Shown here: piece by piece, positions 50,201 through 62,309 of the stretch | How positions within the stretch are numbered: position 1 is the stretch's first letter | How the letters are laid out: every line of letters starts with the position of its first letter | From: Squalus acanthias | Lineage: Eukaryota | Length of the DNA: 64,000 nt | NCBI GenBank assembly: GCA_030390025.1 | Contig: CM059432.1 | Span: 74,898,001-74,962,000 of the forward strand | Direction: 5' to 3' | Notes under the pieces: model-generated | What the model saw: the letters and a program-made list of their open reading frames with translations, nothing else | What the model was told of the DNA's origin: nothing | Database searches by the model: none | Made by a program: the position numbers and the translations under genes

Positions 50201-51482
50201 TCTTTAGGGCTCTTTCTGCACTTGTCAATTAGTAAACAGTCAGAGTTCAGACCACCAGTGTAAACATGTGAGTGTACGCGTGTGCGCGCAAACATTTCAG
50301 CAGAGGAATCTCAGAAAACAGTTGTAAAATGTTCTTAGTTAATGTTGGTAAATTGTTCCTTAGTCAGTAACTTGAAAATGTTTTTAAAAAATGTATTTGT
50401 ACTTCTGTCCTTAGGCTGTTGACCACACTCCATTCAAATGAGTGAAGAGACAGGTTAACTGTCCCAGGCTTCTGCCCAGGTCACTCTAAGGCAGCCATTG
50501 TCTTTTAAGTGGCTCAGGGTGATACCCATGTAGAGTACAGTAAATACAAATGCACATTCCAATTCTAATGGTGCAGGCATTCCTCTTAAAATAATTCTTT
50601 CATAAGACAGCTGACAGTTTGCCATTTGATTGGGAAACACACTTATCTGTAACCATGTAGAAAATGCTATTTTTTTTCTCTCTTTTTATCATTAGACAAC
50701 ATGCTTGATTGCAGATGACTGGTTGTTACTGGGCAACTATGAGAAAAAGATCAATGTCTACTTAATTCACTAGGCAATTAAAAAACAACTTTGCTTCTAA
50801 GTAAAACTTCTTAGAAGGACATGTAGGCCAATCCAATAAATGCTTATTGTGCTTCTACCAAATCTGCACTGAAAATAGATAATTGTGTAGGATGCTCAGA
50901 TCACCCATAATAGCTTCAGTCACACAAAGGCTCTTGGGAGGTAACAAAAGGTTACTTGGGTACAATGTTTCCAATTATGCATCTATTTAAAGAAAATGCA
51001 AACAAATATTGAAGTGATTAAAATATTATTGCATCCCCAAATTTGATTTATGGTCTGTGCTGAGATCCCTAACACAGAAGCGCGGAGGCTAATTGGACTG
51101 CTATAATTAGCACCAGCTTGAGGCAAAATAAATCAGCCAGGCCTCGCACTCTCAATGGGTCCCACTGGATAATGTGCACATCTGGATATTGGGTGCAATC
51201 ATGGTCAATTGTGGTGCCTGCCACAGTTGAATAGAAAGAAAGACTTGCATTTATATAGCGCCTTTCACAACCACCGGACGTCCCAAAGCACTTTACAACC
51301 AATGAAGTACTTTTGAAGTGGAGTCACTGTTGCAGTGTAAGAAATGTAGAATAGCCTGCCAATACTCATTGCCAAGAATTGCACGTGAAGAATGACCATT
51401 GTGAGGGGTAGAAATGTGCTGTTGGTCCCAAATGGAATCATAATCTTGCAAAAGCCATTGCTGCAGAAGTGTAAGGGATAAA

Positions 51483-51651
51483 GGGGGAAAAAGCGCAGCG
51501 CCACGTGGCGCTATCGGCTACCGCTAACCTCCCACTGAATTTCGCGGGAGGAGTTAGCGGCGCTGCGTCCAGGCGCTAGGGGCTTTGCACCCCGTTAGCT
51601 CACCCCCGGGGGTGCTAACAGGAGGTGCAAAGCAGCCCAATTTTTCCCCCC
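51483..51651 (-). mobile_element. Fragment or mini-copy of the 15476-16113 Harbinger MITE family
   Basis: The revcomp of the right end, GGGGGGAAAAATTGGGCTGCTTTGCACCTCCTGTTAGC, matches the MITE left end; followed by TTA. Confidence 0.7.
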
Positions 51652-54045
51652 TTAACGTTTATTTCTGAATTTTTAAAGTTTGCTGCAAGTATCAGATTTG
51701 ATCAGTTCCTATGGAAGTCTATAGACATATATCCATATCCCAGCTGGTCTAGAAAATGCTTGGCTATTCACAGATCTGCTTTGAGTAGATAACACGCATC
51801 ATCAGTATAAATCTTATGTTCTTGCAGTATTTCATGTTTGCTAACAGAACTTTGGAGATGCACCAAATTTGTGCTGGTACAAATTTCTGAAATCAAGCCT
51901 TTTTGTTCTATGTGCACGTGCAAAATCTCACCCATGACTAGGGTGTGGGACCAGCCACTGATCGTGTGTGTATAAGCAGCCAGCTGCTGTTGATTGTGAC
52001 TCCCATCCTAACAAAATCATTGTCCGGAGTCCCAAAACAAGACATCAGAGTGAGGTAGAGATGAATACTTGTAGAATAAAACTAAGCAACATCTAGTTCA
52101 CTGGTAGCCCTGGAAGCTATGCATGAGGCATCCCTTGCATCGTTATCTTTTGGAAAGGGGAATGGAATGTATTCCATTGATGGGAAATGTAAGTTTTTTT
52201 TTCAGGGGGTTGGGTGAGGAAAATGGTAAAGGGGTTGCATTGGAATTTTAAAAAGTATTAAATTCGACATTTGAATAGGGGCGAGTCTCAAGGAAAAAAA
52301 GCCTGTTCTGGGAAATGTTTCAGTTTAAGTATTATTTCTGTGCACAATCTAAAGTAGCTAGACAAATAAACTTTGGTAGAAAAATATACATTTACAGTTT
52401 GAGTTATTGAGGAATGTCTACTTTGTAATATATTGAAAGTGTAAGTACAGTAATCTAATTAAAACAATTACCACTATTGCAAATAGCAATGAATATATTA
52501 TCCACATGTTGTAATGATAGGTTATACAGCTCTAATACATGGGCAAAATCTGTTTTTAAATTATGTACATTGCAATTTAATCACCAATATGCTATCGTTT
52601 TGCATACTTCTGCAAATTGGCAGTAGGTGACATCTGAGTGCCCGCTCAGTTTTTCTGGGTGTATTGCAGTCTAAAGGGGCCGCTGGAGGCTGCCAAAGAA
52701 CATGCAAGTTTTTTTTTCCCATTTACCTCAATGTGGAGCCAGGAGGAGCAGGAGTGCTTCTCCTGGTTCCACAGCAATACTGCAGGCCACTGTCAGCCCT
52801 CGCTCGCTCCCCTTCAAATCTCCTTCCTCCTCCCCAGGACTTGCCCAATGCAGACCAATTTTGGGAAACCCCCGACCAGTGAGCTGCATCGTAATGCCCA
52901 ATTGGCGTTTCCACCTTGCAAGGATTATAGAAATGACCGCTGAGGCCCAATTTTGAGCAAGCCTCAGGCCTGTTTTTGGGCACGTGTTTCATGGAGTTAA
53001 TAAAATGTGAAAAAGTTTGCACTGACGGGGAAAAGTAAAAGAATAGCACTAAGCTTCACAGGTAAAGTAATTCATAGGAGGGTTAAAATGGTGACTATTT
53101 TAATTAGATCTACAAATTCAATATATTACAATTATGATGCAAGGGATGTATCAAGGCATCTAAATTCTTATTTAAGTTCATATACTGTCCTCACTTGGTG
53201 TCCAAACACATGTAGCACCCATGACTGGGTTATGATTGTCAATGGGTAACCTGGTTGATTTCCCCCCCCCCTTTAGCCTAAAAGCACTGAAGATAACTGT
53301 AGTGTCGCAACTGCTGCCCTCACTGACATCAGCTCACTTAGCAGAGACCAGGAATCAAATCTGTGGATTTTTGATCTGTATAACTTTGTGCAATGCCAGC
53401 TGGTGCCTTTCCCCACTAGGCTGTCAGGGGAGCTGCCTATTGCTATTTTCATACGCTGTTCACTTTAGATTTTGCTAGGCTACAACAAGCAGCAAAATAC
53501 GTTTGAATCCAGAAAGAGAAATTTGCTTAGAAATCTTAAAGCCCATATTTAAAATGTTGTTACTGCTTCCATTTCTATGCCTTTTTCCCTGCCTATTGCA
53601 GCATGAATATATAGACAAGAGATAATGTGTGGACTCAACACAGTGAGTGCAACTTGAAAAACAAATATGAAGCAGGATTCAAACTACAGCTAAAACAAGG
53701 TTTGCAATGACAATACACCTGGTTAATAGCCAATTAAAAAGGTTATATATAAAAATAGGAATAAAACCCAGATTCAGTAACATTTTTGACTTCTTTAATA
53801 GTTTCCAGTTGTTGGACTGATAAATGGATTATTCAGACAGATCTTTCTACAGTACTCCAACTAATACTGGACATTTCCAAAACTAATTTCCATTTTGTAG
53901 TATTTACCTTGCAGCAGAACTAATACTGATTTGGAACAGTAAAGCACCATTTTTGTTTTTTGCTCTGAAACAGTGGAAGAATTTACAGCTACCTTCCATT
54001 GATTAAGGCTCAGTTTAACCACAGCCTGATTTGTCCATCTTGCAG

Positions 54046-54130
54046 GTCACAGTCGGTGGTAGAACCAGGTGTGCTGAAGCACGAAGACAGGGATGATGAT
54101 AACACTCAGCCACTACTGGCTCTGGACTGA
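54046..54130 (+). CDS. CLVS1: Clavesin-1 last coding exon: (R)SQSVVEPGVLKHEDRDDDNTQPLLALD*, with C-terminal clathrin box LLALD
   Basis: Acceptor ttgcag at 54045; a phase-2 join completes the Arg codon AG|G; TGA at 54128-54130. Too short for the ORF track, so translated by hand. Confidence 0.95.
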
Positions 54131-57100
54131 AATAAAGGCATCTCAGAGGTCACACAAACAATGGTAACTCCATGGCTGGATCTCACTGGTGCAAACATTA
54201 ATGGAGCAGTTGCTTAAATCAAGTCACATTCAGCTACGTGAAGTGTTTTTTTCATTTTTCTTAAAATGGCAAAATTCAAATATCACCAGTCATCAGCTTT
54301 CTCGTCAGATCTGTCAGAACTTGATTAAAGATTGAGATCGTTTAAAATAAGATACCTGAAGGATTTTGTATCTGCTGTAGGCGGCCTGATAGTAACCTTG
54401 GCAGCATCATAGATATTGGTACTTTGCTAAGGAAGAGAGAAGGAAAGATTTCCATTAATGCAGAACTGTTTAGGTCTCAATAACAGGCATGTGATATTCA
54501 GACATATTTGTGCCTTTGCGTGGTACCCAAGAGAGGATTTGTTTTTATAGTTCAATATGAGATTGGAAAACTCAAAAACAAATAAGTTATGAATAGAAGG
54601 CAGGATGAAAATCCATTTATTAAAGTGCCAAAGATCCATATATCCATTCCTCTATTTATTTGCTGGATGAATATTCAAAATCCATCAATGCATTTTATTT
54701 CAGTAAGTGAAGCTAACTTTGCCAACCACAAAGCTGTTTATTTGAATGGGCAAATAAAGAAGAATTACTCAAGTTCTTTTGTGTTTTATTTTGGGAAAAA
54801 TCAAGATTAGTGACTTATACAGCATTTTACAAAGTGTTTGTGTCCATTAATAGTTTACAGACATTCCTTCCCAACATTTTTCACTGTAATTAAATGTTTA
54901 CTGATGTAATGCTGGTTCTTGATATAAGAGCTGTATAAAAACCTAAAGCATAATTTATGTGAAAAGCATAAAAACTTTAATTTCAAAACTAACTATTTAC
55001 AGTTGGAAATACACTGTTGAAATCTGTAACAATCATAGTGGTAGCTCCATTTTGTTCAAAGAGTATGAGGTTTATACTCTTTAAAAAAAAAACCATATTA
55101 TTCCATTTATGCTAATACTAAAGGGTAGATAAAACACAAGCAAAACCAAGCTGGGCTTTGTATAACTTAATAAGGGTGCCTGTGAAAGACATGACATGAC
55201 TCGCTTGTTTATAAAAATAACTCAACTTCTAGAACATGTACTACAGTACGAGGCTCCGTAAATGCACAGGTACTTGCAGTTAAAAATCATTGTCCCATTC
55301 TCTTAGAAACCACTTCAGCGAAGTATCAATCGACATGATACCAGTACTTAGAACACATACCCATAACACTCAGAGCAAATTCATTTTATCCAATGATACA
55401 CAGTAGTATTGACTTTAGAATTAAAACCCCATCATGTCACTGACAGGATATAAAAAGAATTGCAGTGCAGAATCTGGTAGACTGAATCCACTCACTTTAG
55501 CAAGGCGAATTTGATATCAAAAAGAAAACGATAAACTATTCTAAAAAAAAATGCCAAAATAAAATAAAATGCAATCAGTTTTCTATCTAAGAGAACAGGT
55601 TTTTAAAAACCCTATTCCAAGTAGTCATTTGAAATAGAAGTGGATTGAAGCTTGACTTATTTTACAAACTGGCGTAAACTAGTATGAAATTCTTTTCAAA
55701 ATTGAGCTAGACATCTAATCATCTTTTGGCAGGATACACTAGATTAAAATTTATTTGAAGGCTGGGAGTAGGAGAGAAATGAAAGCAACCATGTTCTCAA
55801 TGTCAGCTCTCACTAAAAATGCATCATCTTATGATGACTCTAATGATCACCACCAGCATGAGTCTCTTTAAACAGGCATGCGCAATGTTTCAAAATGGAG
55901 AAAAAAATCAGATGGCTTTGAATATTGTTAAAATAACAATTTACGAAATGTTGCAGCATCTCTGAAGCCAGACACCATGTTTTTATTTATGGCTACAAGA
56001 AGGTTTTGTCATTTTATTTCTGTGAATTATAAAACTAGATAGTCAAAAGAAAGGGAAAATAACGTGAAATCTCACTGAAGATTACTCCCTAGTTCTTTGA
56101 TGCTCCTTTTTTGACTTTGCCTTGACTTAATAAACAGAAGTCCAATTAGTTCAGAATCAATGTCACTGGAATACTGGGCACCATGCAGCTTTAGCCATCA
56201 CTACAAACATATTAAATGCAGTGTAACAGAAAAGAGGAGAGTAAAACATGATGCCGCAATATACAGATACCATAGTAATATAAAGTCGAGGAGCATTCAG
56301 TTACATTTGCATTAAAAAGGACTCCAGTAATATCAGCATGTATGTGATAAGACAGAAATAAACCAGATTAACAGAAATAAAAGGCTCCTCCCCTCTGTGC
56401 AGCTAATCCAATTCCTTTGGGCAGCTTGCAATCAGTAAATCTATCAAAACCAGCATCTACAGCATTAGTCTAACAGAATTATACTTTACACACTACAAAA
56501 AGTGAGATATTTAAATCACAGTATCTCTACACATTATTAGACTAAAATATAGTTTCCCCATGATCTTCCTGTTCCCCAATGTACTGCTGCTTATGTAAAA
56601 GAAAGAATTAGGTAGTGTGACAAAACATAAAAATGTGAATGCAAATTGCATTTTCCCACAGTCTGACGTAGGTTGCAATCCTCATCTCTCTGCAGGGACC
56701 TGACTGCTCCTTTAACTGCTTTGAGACAAAAGTATCTTGGCTATGTGGTGAACTCGGTCCTCCTTGCCTTGCCCCTGCAAAGTAAAGTCTGTCATTTACA
56801 CTTGGCACAATAAATTTGAACGTAAAAACATATGGTCATTTTATTGTAGATGTATTATGGCTGTCACAAGCCATCTGCATTTTGGCACTTTGCACAGATG
56901 TATCAGCTGTCTATTGGATGAATGTGCCTCTCACATTGGCATTTGTTCATTTCTGTCACACTAAAAAAAGTTCTCATTGGCATCTGCAGCAATTCGCGTC
57001 TTATGGGAGTGCATTTTGGGTTTTTTCCACAGAATTAATATGTACAATTCTATACTTAAAGAAGGACTTATTTTTATGTTTAGTAAGCAACACTGATGGT

Positions 57101-58141
57101 GAGAAACTTACTCCATAACTACTTATATTAATTTCAACTTTTTATTTGAACAGTGAGCACTTGTGATGCTGCTGGGGAAATGACTTTGGACGAGTTACTA
57201 AGCGCAGTGTGGGGGAGCTAAGTATAAGCACAGATACATCTGTTAATTCAGGATGCTTCAGTGATCATGTCATTTCAACTCTGTGTATTAATCAATCTCG
57301 CTCACACTGTCAGGCTTAGTAACTTCTCAAAGGCAGCTCCCCCATTGAGGGCATCAGCATTCACTGTGTAAACAAAAAAAAAATAAGAGAAATAGAGCAA
57401 AAAAGGGTTCTGTTGTGTGAAACACTATAATTTGTTAATATTATCCAAGAAGAAATGCTGATTTCAAGTAAATCTGTGACAGAGTGCAAACATACTGACT
57501 AAATACAAGAATGAGGTACAAATCATCTTTATGTAACTGGCCAATATCTATGATTAAGGAACTCATGAATATCTGTACAATTAAAATAATCATCAAACTA
57601 TATACAGAATGATTCCATGTGGAAATACACTGAAGACCAGTTATATGAATGTGACAATTTGTGTATCTTCTAGAAACTAGACAGACCCAATTCCGGAGAT
57701 TTAATACGGTGGAAAGCCATATAGTCCAATTTGATTTTCACAATGAAGGGTTTCTTCAATAGCTTGCAGTGAACTATTTTGTAACTTTGAAACTGTTCCA
57801 AATCAGAATCGGGAAAATGTCATGTTGGATTTTCCTCAGTAGATCTTATTCAGTTTTGGTCTTAGTGTTTTGTTTTGGAAGAGGACAAGGCTCAAGTTTG
57901 CATTACCCAACCTCTACATAAAATATGCCCTCGTAAAAATATTCCCGTAGACCTTTTTATTTTATCAACTGATTTTTTTCAAAATACATTAGCCCTCCCA
58001 CCCCCAGAAAACTCTTCTGTGCCAAGAGTTTCAGCAAAAAACTAATCAATGGGACTTTCTACACTTCATAACATAAGACAATTCCTTCATGTTCGCTCAA
58101 CTCCCAAACTTCCCTCTCCAGTTTATGTACCAAATACGCCA
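54131..58141. other. Convergent 3' UTR region of CLVS1 (+) and ASPH (-)
   Basis: Lies between the two stop codons, AT-rich, no recognisable transposon. AATAAA on + at 54131, 56129 and 56809; on - (TTTATT) at 54655, 55750, 55982 and 57141. Confidence 0.75.
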
Positions 58142-58292
58142 TTAGATTGGTGAAAGGGTTCTTCGTTGGTGGGATGTCAGCTCTGGGTGCCACACATCCA
58201 CTATGAAGATAAGCCTATAGCTGTTAGCATCCTGCCAAACTTCATGCTCAAAAGAATCGTCAAAGATGATCACCTTCCCCTCCTTCCACTCT
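58142..58292 (-). CDS. ASPH: Aspartyl/asparaginyl beta-hydroxylase last coding exon: (R)EWKEGKVIIFDDSFEHEVWQDANSYRLIFIVDVWHPELTSHQRRTLSPI*
   Basis: Minus-strand acceptor ttttgtag ending at 58293; 151 nt; TAA at 58144-58142. The FDDSFEHEV and IVDVWHPEL motifs are characteristic of ASPH. Confidence 0.96.
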
Positions 58293-59474
58293 CTACAAAA
58301 AACAGAGTAACATTGAATTTGGATCAATATCTGTTGAAAAGGATTTAAGCTTATAGAGATATTTAACAACATTGTTTGATTTTTTTTTAAGGGAATTTGA
58401 AGAAAATTATTGTTTCCTAAAATAAGGCATCAATAGGTAGTGCAAGATATAATAATCATACATCGACTCTGGATGAAGCAGCTATTGTCATTTTAGATTT
58501 TCTTGTTTTTGACGTGCTGGTTGCTTGCTTCATTAACATTGAATGTTTGAAAATTCTTCAAAACAGTTTTACTGCATTGCTCTGAGCAGATATTATAGGA
58601 GTACCTGTCATGATTTTTTTTGCTCAATAGGGTGAGGGATGTTGGTGATGGGAAATGGAACACTTTTTCCAACTACTCCTAGGTCTAGTGAAACAGCAAG
58701 CTGCAACAATGCACCTGTACTCCAACTTCTGATGAGCGCCCCTATTGCGGCAGTGGGAACTTATCCACTTTTAAAACCAATAGGGCTTACCAATTTAAAT
58801 AAATAAAAAATCATTCCAATTGAAAAATAAATTAGAGATTTGAGCACAGGTCTGACACTGGAACACGACTTGCAGCCATTAATGCTCAACAGTGTATAGA
58901 AAGGCACAAAGACAAAACTGTACCAGATCAATACAGGATCTGCCTGTGGGCAAGAAAGGGTAACGTGGTTATTTAAGATTTAGATGATCAAATGTCTGGG
59001 ATGGATGGAATGGGATGTCACCATAACTCCCTATATGCTTTTAAGTTAAGCCTGTACAAATATATACCTGCATATATATTTGAATGTGATGCATGCAAGA
59101 TCTGAAGCACGTGACTAATGTAACAATATCAAAGCAGAAATTAGTTTAAGGCTAATTAAGCTACATTTCAGTGGAGGCAGTCAGATGTTTACTTTCAATT
59201 TATAAACAATTGAGTTGAATAGTTTTATAAATGCTGGGGTAGAATTTCCACAGACGTTCTCCTAATCTCCTGCTGTAACTTTGGCAGAAACCTCGGGAGA
59301 ATCCCGTGAAATATTCAGGCATTTATACACAGCAGTAGTAATGCGAGGACAGCTTTTTTTGCCATTGTAACAAACTGATTACACTTAGGTGAGGCAACCA
59401 AACTTTAAAAAAGGTTCCTATAAATTTTGGGCTTTATTCTTAACATGTTCAAAAAACACCAACAAACATCTTAC

Positions 59475-59608
59475 CTGGTGTCATTGGCACAGCGTATTCT
59501 ACATCCTTGTTTAGGAATGACCAGGCCCAGATGCATTCTTAGGCGGCAGTTTGTTGGTCCAGTGTGAGGCCACACATGAGTCCCTGGCTGCATAACTGAA
59601 TACTTGAT
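59475..59608 (-). CDS. ASPH: ASPH penultimate coding exon: IKYSVMQPGTHVWPHTGPTNCRLRMHLGLVIPKQGCRIRCANDT(R)
   Basis: Minus-strand acceptor tttttttag (59609) and donor gtaaga (59474). 134 nt, phase 0/2, joining the last exon in frame. Contains the PHTGPTNCRLRMHLGL catalytic-domain motif. Confidence 0.96.
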
Positions 59609-59999
59609 CTAAAAAAAGATGCACAATAGTAAATTAAATATTAGTGTCCCACATTTACAACCTACTACTGATTTTGACAAGTACCTTAGGACAACAATTT
59701 TTACATCAACAAACTAAAACAGCAGTACTAATATTTTTAAGAACCTGACTGTTGACAAAACATTTGCCAAAATATTATCTACATTCCTTAACTTTAGAAA
59801 AGTTGCCCATGAACTCCTACGAGGAGAAGCCAGACAGGATGTAAATAACAAAGGATAGGTTTATAAAAATATCAAATGCTAACATAGCCAAATACAGACA
59901 ATTTGCATCCAAAAATCAAAAGGATACGGGGACTGAAATTACAATTGCTTTAACAGCTATTTTTGTAAGTTCATTAGCTTCATGACAGATTTGTGAGGT

Positions 60000-61525
60000 T
60001 TGTAAAGTGGACGACATCTGGAAAGCATAGACCACATATATTTAGCATCTGTTATAGGGAAGGTCTTTGAAATGATCTTGAGAGATTGAGTGGATGATCA
60101 TTTGGATAATAAGAATTTGCCAATGAACAATCAGCATAGATTCAAGAAAGGACGATCATGTTTAACTAACCTGATGGAATTTTTTCAAAGATATTATGGA
60201 CATAGTGGACAGAAAAATGCAGCTGACACCTGGATTTTTAAGCTACACTTTGGCAATTAATGCCTAAGGTAAAGAGTCACAGAATAAAAGCTGAAGAATG
60301 GCTCTGGGTAGAAAACTGTTGTAAAAACAGGAAACTGAGGCTAGCCATAAATGGTAATGTTTTAGGCTGGAAAGAACTTATGAGTGGGGTATGCAGAACA
60401 CCAGTCTTGGAACCACAGCTATTTTTAATATGTGCAGTGAGCTCCACTTATAGTAGACACAGTCTGTATAGCAATCAGGTAAATTGTACAAATTGTGGCT
60501 CCTGTACCCATGAACTGAAAGTAATGGATGTGGAGTCAATTTGCCTGGACACACCAACTTTTTTCCACATAAGACAACAACCCTCCCTGGCTTTCAGTTT
60601 GCCAGCCCTCTCTCAATTCTCGGCTTGCCAATCTTTCCAAGCTACACACTTGGGACCTGACACAACAAGTAGCTAGTTAGAAGTGGACAGTGCTGCACCA
60701 ATTCGTCCATTCTAAATGGTTTGTATTGTTTTAATAATTTGATGAGAGTATAGTAAGCAAAATCTCCAAGTTTGTGATGATACCAAAACAAGAGGCAGGG
60801 CAAATAATAAGGAACTGTGCAACCAGAATCAGAAGGATCTAGATCGTTTTGGTAACTGGTAGCTGTTGCAGTTCAATGCACAGAATTATAAAATAATCAT
60901 AATGAGAGTAAAGAACTGAAAGATGGAATTTGTGTTAAATGGAACAATTTTGCTGACCAGTGATTTAGGGATTTTAGTGGCTAAATCTATGAAACGTATC
61001 AGCACAGTGCTTATTTGCTGTAAAAAAGAGGCAATCTGGGTGCATTAGCAAGAGGATAGGGTATATTTCAAAAGAGCAACAGTATAAGGTGAAGTTCTCT
61101 CAACTTTGAGAGGCGAACAACAAATATGGTTTCAATATCAGGCATTTAAGTTTTTGAAAAAAGGTTCAGGAAGTTGGGCTTTTTTGGGGGAAAGTGGAGA
61201 CTTCAGGTTAATCTCACTGAAATTTTGATATTAACAAAATTGATCCAGGCAAAATGTTCACAAAATTGAAGGATTTAAAAACTTAGTCAAGAATGAGGAA
61301 GTTAGGCATGAGAAGGGAAGTCAGGCAGAACTTTGACAGCCAAAGGGTAATAGAGTTGTGGAATAAGTTACTAGGGGAGATGACTGAAGCAGACGTTACA
61401 AATTGGATGCATTTCTGAAGAAAAAATGGATTGAGGGATATGGTGAGGAGAGTAGGGTACGGTTGATTTCTGAAAAAGGCGTGGGCTTGTTTAGCCTAAT
61501 GACCTTTTCCTGTACCTAAAAATGC
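60000..61525 (+). mobile_element. Old degraded CR1 LINE in an ASPH intron
   Basis: Remnants of NQHRFKKGRSCLTNLMEFF and ISKF.DDTK, with CR1-like 3' sequence. Confidence 0.7.
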
Positions 61526-62309
61526 TCATGTGCTTCTGCCCTCACCAACCTATTTGCTGTTGGAGTAAAAACATCCATTTCAGAAGAAATGTATGCATCC
61601 AGTGAGGATAAAAGGTTCAACTATGAAGTCTTTTTTCACAACACCCATTCTCAATAACCTTTCTGGGACACAATGTCCTTGCCAAAATTCTATAAAATGA
61701 AGCTGACCTAGACATGTTATTGATTCATTTGCTTTTCAAATGAACCACTAAGTGCATCCTATTGATTCACAGGCAAGTATGAAATGGGGGTGGGTAGGCC
61801 AGGGTTAAAGGTCAAAAGCGTGCTGTCAACCCTGAAGCTACTGCTTACTAATGATAATTGCTCACCGCAAGACTTAGCATACAGATTTGAAGATCCTCTA
61901 ACATAGACTACTTCTGTTGCTATTCTTTCCAATGTACCAAACATAATCTGACTTATCAGTCAGTACTGCTAAGAAAGGAATGCATTAACTCATCCCTGTG
62001 CAGCTGTTCTGTATGCTAGGCTACGTAGGGCAATCTATCTATATTAGCAATGGGACTCCCATGAATAGCTTTTTAAAAAAAAAATAAGTTGACTATTTGA
62101 CCCTTTACTGATCAAATAGGCCCATTAATAAAATGGGTTCAGACAAAAGAAATGCACTGCTATTCAGCTTGTAAAGAACTAGTACCAACCGGCTGGGTTC
62201 CCCAGCTGTCATGTGGCTGCTGTTCTCAATTCACTCCTCCCAGTGGTTTCTGTGCTGCTTTTCCTGTTAGTGGGTACACAGCCAATTCCTTTCATGTGTA
62301 ATGAAACTA

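Noticed and set aside
52630..52980. GC-richer segment with several short ORFs
   Set aside because: It looks like a degraded DNA-element fragment, but termini and TSD could not be defined and the ORFs show no recognisable domain.
60432..60698. Possible Tigger/pogo-like MITE inside the old CR1
   Set aside because: Terminal similarity is weak and no TA duplication is seen; not supportable by eye.
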